Source: an uncultured virus (IMG/VR IMGVR_UViG_3300025466_000016)
Taxonomy: Duplodnaviria > Heunggongvirae > Uroviricota > Caudoviricetes
Length of the DNA stretch: 64,000 nucleotides
Strand: one strand, 5' to 3'
IMG/VR virus record: IMGVR_UViG_3300025466_000016
Shown here: in pieces, positions 28,944 through 37,923 of the stretch
Numbering within the stretch: the stretch's first letter is position 1
How the letters are laid out: every line of letters begins with the position of its first letter
Notes under the pieces: generated by a model
What the model saw: only the letters and a program-made list of their open reading frames with translations
The model's database searches: none
Told to the model about the DNA's origin: nothing
Program-made: the position numbers and the translations under genes

Positions 28944-29226
28944 GCTGTTGATGCCACGTGTTCATAACTTTTTGGTAATGTTGTTGTGCTATTACTAAAA
29001 ATACATGCCTATCAATTTGAATAGGATTTCCATATACGTCTTCTAAATACATATCGTCGATTGGCCAGCCTTGCATAAAGGCCAACAATTCCGGAGTAAC
29101 TTTAAACAGTCCACCTTTGTGTGCAATATGTAAATCCGTTTGGATCTTTTCGCGAAGGATGCGTTTGTTTGCTTGATAATCTGTAGCACGTCGCACTTCT
29201 GCGACAACATTATTTAGGTCTGTCAT
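28912..29226 (-). CDS. hypothetical protein (104 aa), first gene of the GT operon
   Basis: ORF just downstream of a near-consensus promoter. Confidence 0.75.
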   Translation of the reverse strand: MTDLNNVVAEVRRATDYQANKRILREKIQTDLHIAHKGGLFKVTPELLAFMQGWPIDDMYLEDVYGNPIQIDRHVFLVIAQQHYQKVMNTWHQQHEELKKIRRV

Positions 29227-29245
29227 AATTTATGAAAATGGATGT

Positions 29246-29269
29246 GATAAGCTAGTATACTAGCTTATC
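29246..29269. repeat. perfect 24-bp palindrome GATAAGCTAGTATACTAGCTTATC (operator or hairpin)
   Basis: Checked to equal its own reverse complement; centred on the -10 box. Confidence 0.9.
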
Positions 29270-29282
29270 TGATGAATGTCAA
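29254..29282 (-). promoter_or_regulatory. sigma70 promoter TTGACA-N17-TATACT
   Basis: -35 at 29277-29282 and -10 at 29254-29259 on the minus strand. Confidence 0.85.
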
Positions 29283-29295
29283 CTTAATTTATTAA

Positions 29296-30306
29296 TTAAG
29301 CTACAGTAATAGTACCGTTTGGTGTACCCCAACTGTTAGTAGTTAGGTTAGTTGATTCCGGAGGAGTGATTGCTATTTGCTGAGGCCATGTAACGTTAAT
29401 TGCATCTGAACTAATTGCACCTGCACCACCATAACCTGCACCAGTATAGTAAACTGGTCGAGCTGCGGATGTTACAACAAAGTCAAAAGTAATTACGCTA
29501 CCATTGTCACCGTTACCACTTACGTTAGTACCGTTTGTTCGCACAGAAACTGTAAGAGTGTCGCCGATGTAAGGATAACCAGTACTGGTAATAGATATAA
29601 TTTGTGTACCAGCATTAAATGTACCAGTTGCTGGTAAATTCCAATAGCCCACGTTGGTGTTTTGTGATTCGGTCTGTCCTGTGCCGCTACGTCCGCTGTT
29701 GGTAGCTTGACGGAACCAGCTAATATTACCTAAGCTGTTAATCATTGTTAAGAAATCGGCGCCACGGTTTGTACCACCGTTGTTTACTGGTGTACCCGAA
29801 ATTAGTGCAATTTGACCACCTGCGTTAAAGAAATAACGAGCACAGTCGCCTGCACCGATACTGTTGTAGGTTGCAAAAGTTACACTACGACTAAACGACC
29901 AAGTAATAGCGTTAACGGTATTTGCTACGTTAACGTTTTGTTGAATTGCACTAGATGGACCATTTGTTGTACTACCACCGTTATAAACCAGGCGATTAGA
30001 ATAGACGTTATTAATTGCAGTAGATAAACCGCTTAGATAGTTAGCTTGTGTACCAGGAGTAATAGTACTACCAGCAACACCAACACCAGTTTGTCCAGTG
30101 TGTGCTGCGGCACTATTAACATAGTTAACCATTGTTGACCATTGTCCAGCTGTTACTAAGCCAGTTTGACTTACTGTACCTAGTGCCGGCTGCCCCCAAC
30201 CAGCATTACCCGATCCAGTTGCCCAAAATGCATTTATCTGGCCTGAGCCGTTTGCAAAGTTGTTATAATCTGCGGCTGTAATTATCGAGCCTTGTGAATA
30301 CGCCAT
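29296..30306 (-). CDS. virion structural/tail-fibre-associated protein (336 aa)
   Basis: G/T/N/S-rich; MAYSQGSIITAADYN start; RYFFNAGGQI; located at the end of the fibre cluster. Confidence 0.7.
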   Translation of the reverse strand: MAYSQGSIITAADYNNFANGSGQINAFWATGSGNAGWGQPALGTVSQTGLVTAGQWSTMVNYVNSAAAHTGQTGVGVAGSTITPGTQANYLSGLSTAINNVYSNRLVYNGGSTTNGPSSAIQQNVNVANTVNAITWSFSRSVTFATYNSIGAGDCARYFFNAGGQIALISGTPVNNGGTNRGADFLTMINSLGNISWFRQATNSGRSGTGQTESQNTNVGYWNLPATGTFNAGTQIISITSTGYPYIGDTLTVSVRTNGTNVSGNGDNGSVITFDFVVTSAARPVYYTGAGYGGAGAISSDAINVTWPQQIAITPPESTNLTTNSWGTPNGTITVA

Positions 30307-30326
30307 AGTTTAATCCTGTTATATTA

Positions 30327-30335
30327 CTACTTATC
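30327..30335 (-). promoter_or_regulatory. putative late promoter variant GATAAGTAG
   Basis: TAAGTA core in the short intergenic gap before a structural gene. Confidence 0.45.
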
Positions 30336-30348
30336 TATTTTAATACTT

Positions 30349-32358
30349 TTAATTAGATTTTGCTTTCAGAATATCTAATTCTGCTTTTAATTCTGCAATA
30401 GCTGCAAATGCTAACGCACTTAGCTTGGCATAGTCAACCGCCAAGCTGCCATCTTCGCGTGTACGACTTGCTAGTGGGAAATTAGCCTTGACTTTTTGTG
30501 CTATTACACCAAAATCTTCTTTTTGCACAAAATATCCGTCAACACCGCCTTTAGACTCAACATATGAGTCTGTCCAGTCGAATAAATCGCCACCAATTGC
30601 TAGCACAGTATCTAGTGCGTTTGGTATAGGACGAATGTTTTCTTTAAATTTGATGTCCGATGAATAATAAGCACTGATATTGTTTGTGGCACGAATTTCG
30701 CCTGTTGTTCCACTTGCGCCTGTACCAACGCCAAATGATCCGAACTGTACGCCAGCACCAGTATGAATGGCCTGTGGCAAACTTAATGTTACACCGCCGG
30801 TCCCAGAACTTGCTATAACCTGATTTGATGTGCCGGTAATAGATGCTACGTAGCTTGTTCCAGCGAATCCAATTGATACCGATCCACCTAAGGCTACTGT
30901 GCCGCCACCGCTTAATCCTCCGGTAACGTTAACAGTAATCGAATTATTGCTTAATGCACCATTTGGAATACTTGAAAAGTTTGTACCTACAAAGTAAGGT
31001 GCAGCATTTTGGGCAATGGATTGATTAATTGTATAATTTCCGCCGCCGATTGTTAATGTGTTTGTTCCGTTGTTAACACCAGTACCACCATATTGTGGTT
31101 TAACAATCGTACCACTCCACTGACCTGCAGTAATGTTACCAACTGTAACTAAATTGCTTGCAGAAGTTACGTTTGGCTGGCTAGCTGTTTGTAATGTGCC
31201 AGTTATATTAGTTGCTGAAAGATTAACACCAGAAATTGTACCAGTGCTTGTTAAATTGTTTGTTGTTATATTTGTATTAGCTACAATGTTGCCAGCAGTT
31301 GCGGTAGTAAATACACCGGTACTAGGAGTAGCATTACCAATTGGAGTATTATTAATACTTGCAAATGTTTCGTTGCCAATGTTGGCAATTTCTAAACCGT
31401 TGTATTTTGCAAATCCTGTTAAACTTGTTGTGCCGTTAGTCTGTAAATTAATTACATTGCCTAGGCCTGTTACGTTTGGTTGATTGGCAGTTAATAACAC
31501 ACCTGTGATTCCAGATGTTGCTAAAACGTTAGCTGCTTGCAACGAATTAGTATTAACTGTTGTAGCTGTAACTGTTGTTCCTGTTACGTTACCTGTAATG
31601 TCGCCGTTGAATGCGGCATTAACTGTACCGGCATTAATTGTGCCAGCGGTTGTAGTACCAGGGGCACTTAAATTTATTACATTGATACTGCCAGTTGAGT
31701 CACGCAAGACTAAGTTACCTGGCGTTGGATTAACATCTTGTGTGTTTAATCCCATTACCTGTGTGTTGGTTGTACTAAAATTAAATCCTGGCTTAATTTG
31801 AGCAAAGCCACTTAACGAACTGTTGAATCCGGACTTACTAAAGATACCATAAATTGTACCAAAAATCTTAAACTGTATAACTGTATAAGGTTGCCCGGAC
31901 AATGAGTCTGTCATGTTAGCCGGGAAAGCACCAGTATCACCTGTTGCCGGAGTTTGTGTTGGTCCAATTAACTGCCAAGAACTGCCAGTATACACCTTAA
32001 GCTGGCTGTTTGTTGTATCAAACCATAAGTCACCACCAAGTGTACTTAGGTCGCCAGGAGGACTACTGTATGGGCTACTGGTAGCACCAGTAGAAATCTT
32101 CCAACTTGATCCCGAATATACTTTTAAAATATTATTTGTAATGTCCCACCATAGTTGTCCTTTAAGTGGATTAGGAGGACTTGAAGTTGATGCAAAATTT
32201 TCCAGTAAATGTATAAAATTGTCATTTAAAAACTGGCCGTAGCCCGAGTAATCTTTACCAATTAAGGTAAGGCTAGAATGAGAAGTATCAACTGCGGCTG
32301 GAGATAACCCGCCTGGTATTAGTGATGTTCCGTTAGTTAAGTTAATTGTATAAGCCAT
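30349..32358 (-). CDS. tail fibre with C-terminal intramolecular chaperone (peptidase S74-like)
   Basis: Shared N-terminal anchor (LTLIGKDYSGYGQFLNDNFIHLLENFA); C-terminal YSSDIKFKENI...GVIAQ...VDYAKL plus coiled coil. Confidence 0.88.
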   Translation of the reverse strand: MAYTINLTNGTSLIPGGLSPAAVDTSHSSLTLIGKDYSGYGQFLNDNFIHLLENFASTSSPPNPLKGQLWWDITNNILKVYSGSSWKISTGATSSPYSSPPGDLSTLGGDLWFDTTNSQLKVYTGSSWQLIGPTQTPATGDTGAFPANMTDSLSGQPYTVIQFKIFGTIYGIFSKSGFNSSLSGFAQIKPGFNFSTTNTQVMGLNTQDVNPTPGNLVLRDSTGSINVINLSAPGTTTAGTINAGTVNAAFNGDITGNVTGTTVTATTVNTNSLQAANVLATSGITGVLLTANQPNVTGLGNVINLQTNGTTSLTGFAKYNGLEIANIGNETFASINNTPIGNATPSTGVFTTATAGNIVANTNITTNNLTSTGTISGVNLSATNITGTLQTASQPNVTSASNLVTVGNITAGQWSGTIVKPQYGGTGVNNGTNTLTIGGGNYTINQSIAQNAAPYFVGTNFSSIPNGALSNNSITVNVTGGLSGGGTVALGGSVSIGFAGTSYVASITGTSNQVIASSGTGGVTLSLPQAIHTGAGVQFGSFGVGTGASGTTGEIRATNNISAYYSSDIKFKENIRPIPNALDTVLAIGGDLFDWTDSYVESKGGVDGYFVQKEDFGVIAQKVKANFPLASRTREDGSLAVDYAKLSALAFAAIAELKAELDILKAKSN

Positions 32359-32362
32359 ATCG

Positions 32363-32372
32363 TATATTTACC
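32363..32372 (-). promoter_or_regulatory. putative late promoter GGTAAATATA
   Basis: TAAATA core 4-6 nt upstream of a fibre gene ATG. Confidence 0.5.
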
Positions 32373-32378
32373 GGTTGT

Positions 32379-34352
32379 TTAAAACACTTTTTGTATGTAG
32401 CACAGCGCATAGTATGGAGGACGATTATCAAGTGGTTGACTAGAACCCGTTGTGGCTGTATTTCCTGTTAGATTAATAACGTGCTGGTGATCAGCAGCTG
32501 CTACTAGACTAATACCAGTATATGATGTGGTTGTTGGCCATGTCCAAACAGTTCCTTTTCCACCAATTTCGTCTTGTGATCCGAGATAGTCAATGCTACC
32601 GGGAGTACGATTATCATATTGACTACCGTGGTAGTGTCCAGGATCTGTTACTGTATGTGTATGGCCACCTGCTGAATTAGTGTTTCCTGTTACTGTATAT
32701 GCGTGTGAGTGTGTTGGTAATTGTCCTGTAGTAATTGACGGGAAAGCATTGCCTCCGGTTGTTCCTACATTATATGTGCCGCCTGTGTCACCTGTTGCAC
32801 CAATAATGAATTGTCCGCGCAAATCTGGAGTGGTGCTACCATTTACTGTCTGACCATTACACAATGCCCATCCTGTGGGTATAGCACTAGCGGCGCCGCT
32901 CCACATAACAATAATACCCTTAGGCATAGCGGTTTGCACAAAGCCAGTGGTTGCCACGGCTGTGTTACTTGTGCCGATTGGCAATGTGGCTGTTACTGTA
33001 TTAACTAATGTTGATGATGCAATAGTAGAATTAGATACGGTTGCATTAGCAATACTACCCGATGCAGCTTGTAGATTGGCCACAGTTGCTAGAGAAATTG
33101 TACTGTTTGTTGAGGATAAGTTGGTTAGTCCAGTTACATTACCGCCGGTAATTTGTGCACCGGATGTACTTAATGTTGTTGCTGATAAATTAGTAGTTGT
33201 AATTGAACCAATGTTATATAAGTTACCGCCAGTTACTTGAGCATTAGATGTTAAAAGATTTCCAACTGTTGCTGTTGATGCTGATAGTGCAGTTAGTACA
33301 CCGGTTGTAGCAGATACGTTAGATAGGCCAGTTAGACTACCGCCGGTGATTTGTGCATTTCCACTTGATAAGTTAGATAACTGTGCTGAAGTAGCAGATG
33401 CGTTAGTTAGGCCGGTTACATTGCCGCCGGTGATTTGTGCCGTACCTATAGCGGCAGTTGAAAATTGTGCAGAGGACGCTGATAAATTTGAAATTCCTAC
33501 CAGGTTACCACCATTAACAGTTAAATTGTCTGCTAACAAATTAATAATATTTGCTGTAGTAATAGTTGCTTGTGTACTGTCTAGTTGTCCAGTTAATGTA
33601 GTTGCCGTTACGGTTGTAGCGTTAACATTACCTGTTAGTGTTCCAACTAATGTTGTTGCTAAAACATTACCTGTTAAATTACCAACAACATTACCGGTAA
33701 CAGTTCCAGTTAGACTACCCACAAATGCGTTGGCACTTACACTGGTGGTTAACGAATTATTAAACTGAAGACCTGGGCTAATAGTAGGGAATCCAGGAAT
33801 AGCTGGACTTGGGTAAAAAGTTGGATCAGAACTTAGTGTTGCAATGACCAAATTACCATATTGAAGTTGTAGAAGATTGTGTGTTACACCAGTTGTAGCT
33901 TGATCGTTTGTAGTAACCGTAACGGCGCCAGATAGACCTTGAGCACGTGTATATTGCGGACCAACTAAACTATAAGTAGGTGTGCCGCTGATATTAGTGT
34001 AAACAAATAACTGGTTTGTTGCTGTATTAAACCATAAATTACCATTTTGTATATTAACTGGTTGTGAGCCGGACACAATAATGCCCGATGTGGGCAAATA
34101 ACCCTGGCTCGTAAACACGTTTAGGGTTTGATTGCTTTTGTTAAACCATAGTTGTCCCTGCAAACTTGTCCCTGCAGGTGCCGAGTTTGATGCAAAATTC
34201 TCTAGTAGATATACTAAATTCTCGTCAAGGCGCTGTCCATAACCTACATAATTAGGACCTGGTAAGTTTAAATTTGTACTGTTAGTATTAACCGACCCGT
34301 CAGGAATACTAAAAGTTATTGACCCGTCGCTATTTGTAAAATTATAAGGCAT
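32379..34352 (-). CDS. tail fibre with tail-collar domain and His-motif tip
   Basis: Same N-terminal anchor; AQITGGNVTGLTN repeats; MPKGIIVMWSG..GWALCNGQ..PDLRGQF (collar); HSH/HTH/HYH/HQH motifs; PPYYALCYIQK. Confidence 0.9.
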   Translation of the reverse strand: MPYNFTNSDGSITFSIPDGSVNTNSTNLNLPGPNYVGYGQRLDENLVYLLENFASNSAPAGTSLQGQLWFNKSNQTLNVFTSQGYLPTSGIIVSGSQPVNIQNGNLWFNTATNQLFVYTNISGTPTYSLVGPQYTRAQGLSGAVTVTTNDQATTGVTHNLLQLQYGNLVIATLSSDPTFYPSPAIPGFPTISPGLQFNNSLTTSVSANAFVGSLTGTVTGNVVGNLTGNVLATTLVGTLTGNVNATTVTATTLTGQLDSTQATITTANIINLLADNLTVNGGNLVGISNLSASSAQFSTAAIGTAQITGGNVTGLTNASATSAQLSNLSSGNAQITGGSLTGLSNVSATTGVLTALSASTATVGNLLTSNAQVTGGNLYNIGSITTTNLSATTLSTSGAQITGGNVTGLTNLSSTNSTISLATVANLQAASGSIANATVSNSTIASSTLVNTVTATLPIGTSNTAVATTGFVQTAMPKGIIVMWSGAASAIPTGWALCNGQTVNGSTTPDLRGQFIIGATGDTGGTYNVGTTGGNAFPSITTGQLPTHSHAYTVTGNTNSAGGHTHTVTDPGHYHGSQYDNRTPGSIDYLGSQDEIGGKGTVWTWPTTTSYTGISLVAAADHQHVINLTGNTATTGSSQPLDNRPPYYALCYIQKVF

Positions 34353-34370
34353 ATTTTTTTCTCTTTATAC

Positions 34371-34380
34371 TATACTTATC
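34371..34380 (-). promoter_or_regulatory. putative late promoter variant GATAAGTATA
   Basis: TAAGTA core in the intergenic gap upstream of a fibre gene. Confidence 0.45.
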
Positions 34381-34393
34381 TAAAACCGCCAAT

Positions 34394-34696
34394 TTAAGAA
34401 GTTGGCCCATCTATTGGCTGTAGTCCGCCCCACGATATTGCTAAAAAACCACCAGCTCCGTTGCCACCTGTCCAGTTTAGAGGGCTTGCATAGTTAGTAA
34501 ACCCAGCCCCACCGCCACCTGCGCCGTATCCTGCTCCATCTTTCCCGTTACTATCCCCAGGCACACCAGCTGCGCCGCCTGTTCCAAAGGGATTGCTTCC
34601 ACCTACACCGCCGGCGCCCGATTCTTCAGTTTGACCGTTATACCCGTCTGCGCCAGCTTGACCGCTCGGTACCCCACCTGCTCCGCCACCTGCCAT
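34394..34696 (-). CDS. glycine-rich protein; C-terminal half of a phage glycine-rich tail domain
   Basis: GGSNPFGTGG...GYGAGGGGAG...GGNGAGGFLAISW; has its own AGGAG RBS. Confidence 0.75.
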   Translation of the reverse strand: MAGGGAGGVPSGQAGADGYNGQTEESGAGGVGGSNPFGTGGAAGVPGDSNGKDGAGYGAGGGGAGFTNYASPLNWTGGNGAGGFLAISWGGLQPIDGPTS

Positions 34697-34697
34697 A

Positions 34698-35009
34698 TTA
34701 TACTCCTAGTTCAGATTCTAAAGAATCTAACATTGCTAAAATTTTATTAATTGCTTCGTCATTATTGCCAGCCTTTAAGCTATCAACAATTCCTTTAATA
34801 TAAGACTCATAATGTTCATCCCAATACTCGTGTGTAAAATTTGGCTTGTTAGACAATTCTTGTATCAAACTTGCAGATCGCTGGTAATATTCAATGACTT
34901 TAGTAGGGTCGGACACAGACCTTAAATTTTGTAATAATTTAATATCATCTTCTTTGCCATTACGCAATATTGCGCTGTATACTAAACAATTATGAGAATA
35001 ACTTAACAT
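34698..35009 (-). CDS. hypothetical helical protein resembling a CFI-box-CTERM-like domain
   Basis: NCLVYSA..DD..LL..LR....IEYY..S..LI...YESYI..IV..LKAGNNDEAI pattern, judged by eye. Confidence 0.55.
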   Translation of the reverse strand: MLSYSHNCLVYSAILRNGKEDDIKLLQNLRSVSDPTKVIEYYQRSASLIQELSNKPNFTHEYWDEHYESYIKGIVDSLKAGNNDEAINKILAMLDSLESELGV

Positions 35010-35018
35010 GTTCGCCCT

Positions 35019-36008
35019 TTATTTGATTCCTGCCAATAACCAGAATACGCCAAAGGTTGCCCATAGTACATAACCTGTTGCAGGGTTTTTGCTTGGCTCA
35101 GTTGTTTTACTAAAACGGCCAACTAATCGACTGATAAATTTACCAGTGTTCATTATAATTTTACCAGCACGGTTGTCTTGTTCTTCTGCACCCATTAGGT
35201 AAGCCATGTGATGTGCCCACGGTGTTGCTATACGAACAGTCCAGCGTGTTACTAATTCTTGTTGACGTTGTGTACGAGTAGCTTTGTCTTTAATCCAAGG
35301 CATAATATTTGGCCCACGGCCTTCTATCCATGCTACTACCGTGCTAGCCCATTTTAAATATCCATAATAGCTATCGGGATCTGTTGCACGTAGATATTCG
35401 CCAAATTTTTCATCAGCTTCGTAAACACGATCTGACAAATAGCCAAGTTCATATAGCTTAGTACAAATAATACTTCCGCCACCACCACCTCCACGGTCAG
35501 CACTTGCTCCGCCACTACCACCGGCTCCACCAGTTACTGCAATAGATCCCAGTGATCCCTGTATGCTAGTAGTACCGCCTGTGCCACCACCAGGTGCGCC
35601 ACTAGTTCTTCCTACAAACGGAGCGCCACTGCCACCACCACCAACTGTGATTATTAGTGTTTCCCCAGGGACTACAGACAGACTCTGAGCTTGTACGTAG
35701 CCGCCAGATCCACCACCTCCGCCGGCACTGCCATTACCAACTTCTTCGCCGCCTCCGCCTCCGCCGCCACCACCGGAAGCATCAACTGTAAGCGAATGTA
35801 CGCCCGGTGGTACTTTAAATGTATAAGTGCCAGGAACAGTCCAAGATACTTGTCCTGCATTTGGATAAAATTGCATCCATGTGCCATTTACATTAGAATA
35901 TCCAGCTGTAACATTGGACCAAGTACCGCCATGATTAACTGCTGGCAATACTACGGTATTCCACTGTCCGCCTTGTTTTACATATATGGCTCTATCTCTT
36001 GATGACAT
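35019..36008 (-). CDS. glycine-rich tail protein (N-half of Gly-rich domain) with C-terminal GGGGS-IICT domain
   Basis: PGTYTFKVPPGV..GGGGGGGGG..VVPGETL.ITVGGGG, then GGGGGGSIICTKLYELG... and a hydrophobic C-terminus. Confidence 0.8.
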   Translation of the reverse strand: MSSRDRAIYVKQGGQWNTVVLPAVNHGGTWSNVTAGYSNVNGTWMQFYPNAGQVSWTVPGTYTFKVPPGVHSLTVDASGGGGGGGGGEEVGNGSAGGGGGSGGYVQAQSLSVVPGETLIITVGGGGSGAPFVGRTSGAPGGGTGGTTSIQGSLGSIAVTGGAGGSGGASADRGGGGGGSIICTKLYELGYLSDRVYEADEKFGEYLRATDPDSYYGYLKWASTVVAWIEGRGPNIMPWIKDKATRTQRQQELVTRWTVRIATPWAHHMAYLMGAEEQDNRAGKIIMNTGKFISRLVGRFSKTTEPSKNPATGYVLWATFGVFWLLAGIK

Positions 36009-36011
36009 CTG

Positions 36012-37919
36012 TTATCCTACTACAAACCAGAAATCACCATCTTTACCACCAGTCGGTGGGTTTGTAGAAACTGTATAGTTAAATTTTTGTGCTGTAATAG
36101 CCGCTGTTACAAATCCGGTAGTTGCTATATTACCACTAAAGTCTCCTAATGGAGGAGTAGGCGCTGTTGGTGCACCAGTAAATTGTGGACTTGCAATAGT
36201 TGCCAGCGGCGCTACCGCTGTGGCTAAATTGGTTGCTGTTACTGTTGCTAGTGTGTTAATTTTAGAATTGTAGTCGCGATACAATACGTTAGCTGTAACG
36301 TCAACATAGCTAGTGCTTGCTACGTTAGCACTATTGTCGCCTAAACCTAAATAATCTAACTGCGGTCCAAGGTATTGAATAGACGGAATGCCAACGGCCG
36401 GAACTACAGTAACACCATTAATTTGAATATCGCTGTTAAATGTTTGTGTACCAACTGTTATTACACCACTAACAATGGTTACCGGAACAACATTACTGTT
36501 TGTAACATTAGCGTGTACTGTTAGTGTTGCAACAGGAACTAGTGTGTTAGCATCTAATTGTGTAATTACATCGTTAACATATACTGTAATTGGTGCTGTT
36601 AATTGCAACAAATACGGTTTTTGTGTAGCAGGTACACTAGATAAGAATGTATTTAATGCAGGCGTTTGCGGAACAATAGGTGCACCGGTAAACTGTGGAC
36701 TATTAATTGGCGCCAGACTAACTATTTCGGATTGTAAAATATTTAAATCATTACTAACAGTATTAAATGTACTACTAATAGCCGACATGTTAGCCGCTGT
36801 GTTGGCCGCTAGTAAACTAACATTAGAATTAATACCAGACTGAACTGTTATTAAATTGGCGTTGGTTGAATTGGTTGCGGCTGCTAAATTTGCATCGGTA
36901 TCGTTACGTAATGTAACAATTTCTGACTCCAGTAATGCTTGCAATGCAGTAACAGATCCGGCGCCAGCAACAACGGCTGTGTCAACATAGCCTTTTGTAG
37001 CAATACCTTTACTGTTAACGGGATCGTTAGCTACATAAGCCAATCCAGCAGCGCCATCTACCCACAGAGATTTTTGATTACCGATAATTGGAACGTTAAC
37101 CCAAAGATCTACGTTGCCACTGAGTGTATGATTATGTAATGCTAGTGCATTATTAACATAATGAATATTGGCATTAGTGAATACTAAATTACCAGTTACC
37201 CCAACGTCGCCGGCAAATGTTTGATTAATATCCTGACGAGCAAATACTGTAGGACTTAGCCCACCGACGTGTTGACTATTAGTTGCTGTGCCTGTTAGTA
37301 CATTGGTATTGCTTATAGTAATGCCAGGGGCAACTGTACCAGGGAAATTGTATACAGCTACGTTTGGTGTAAATGCAGAATCGTAACTAGTAATAGAAAT
37401 TAAGTTACCATTTGTGTAAGTATTAACAACGGTGTGTGCGTTGCCTAGTGTATCATAAACTGTTTCAACAACGGCACCGCTCTTACCTTGAGCTGTTGTA
37501 TAGCCTGGACCAATTAGTACCCAAGTATTGCCATTCCATGAACGTAATTGATTGTTTACGGTATCCCACCATTGGTCGCCTGTGTGTAATGCTGTAGGTG
37601 CTGTGGCGCTGGCTGTTTGTCCGCTAACTAATACAAATGATGTTCCATTATAAATTTTTAACAAGCTGGTAGATGTGTCGTACCATAGTGTACCAATTAG
37701 TGGTACTGTGGCTTGATTCTGCGTTGGAGGTGTATCTTTGGCAAAGTTTTGTAATAATGAAATAAAATTTTCATTTTGTACTTGACCGTAGCCTGTATAG
37801 TTACGACCAATTAAAGTTAATCCTGTTGCAGTATCAGAAGTTCCATCCAATAACTGTCCATTGGGCATGGTTGGAGTTATTAGTGCTGTGCCATCAGTCT
37901 TGTTAATATTATAAGTCAT
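36012..37919 (-). CDS. tail fibre protein
   Basis: Same N-terminal anchor (GLTLIGRNYTGYGQVQNENFISLLQNFA); two SPQFTGAP repeats; IATTGFV. Confidence 0.88.
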   Translation of the reverse strand: MTYNINKTDGTALITPTMPNGQLLDGTSDTATGLTLIGRNYTGYGQVQNENFISLLQNFAKDTPPTQNQATVPLIGTLWYDTSTSLLKIYNGTSFVLVSGQTASATAPTALHTGDQWWDTVNNQLRSWNGNTWVLIGPGYTTAQGKSGAVVETVYDTLGNAHTVVNTYTNGNLISITSYDSAFTPNVAVYNFPGTVAPGITISNTNVLTGTATNSQHVGGLSPTVFARQDINQTFAGDVGVTGNLVFTNANIHYVNNALALHNHTLSGNVDLWVNVPIIGNQKSLWVDGAAGLAYVANDPVNSKGIATKGYVDTAVVAGAGSVTALQALLESEIVTLRNDTDANLAAATNSTNANLITVQSGINSNVSLLAANTAANMSAISSTFNTVSNDLNILQSEIVSLAPINSPQFTGAPIVPQTPALNTFLSSVPATQKPYLLQLTAPITVYVNDVITQLDANTLVPVATLTVHANVTNSNVVPVTIVSGVITVGTQTFNSDIQINGVTVVPAVGIPSIQYLGPQLDYLGLGDNSANVASTSYVDVTANVLYRDYNSKINTLATVTATNLATAVAPLATIASPQFTGAPTAPTPPLGDFSGNIATTGFVTAAITAQKFNYTVSTNPPTGGKDGDFWFVVG

Positions 37920-37923
37920 TGTA

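Noticed and set aside
35019..35500. Classical Hint-domain intein after the poly-Gly
   Set aside because: No recognisable TxxH block or C-terminal HN motif, and the segment looks helical. Kept only as a possible non-Hint processing domain.
30349..37919. Diversity-generating retroelement or invertase-driven tail fibre switching
   Set aside because: No reverse transcriptase, recombinase or long near-identical template/variable repeat was seen in the window.
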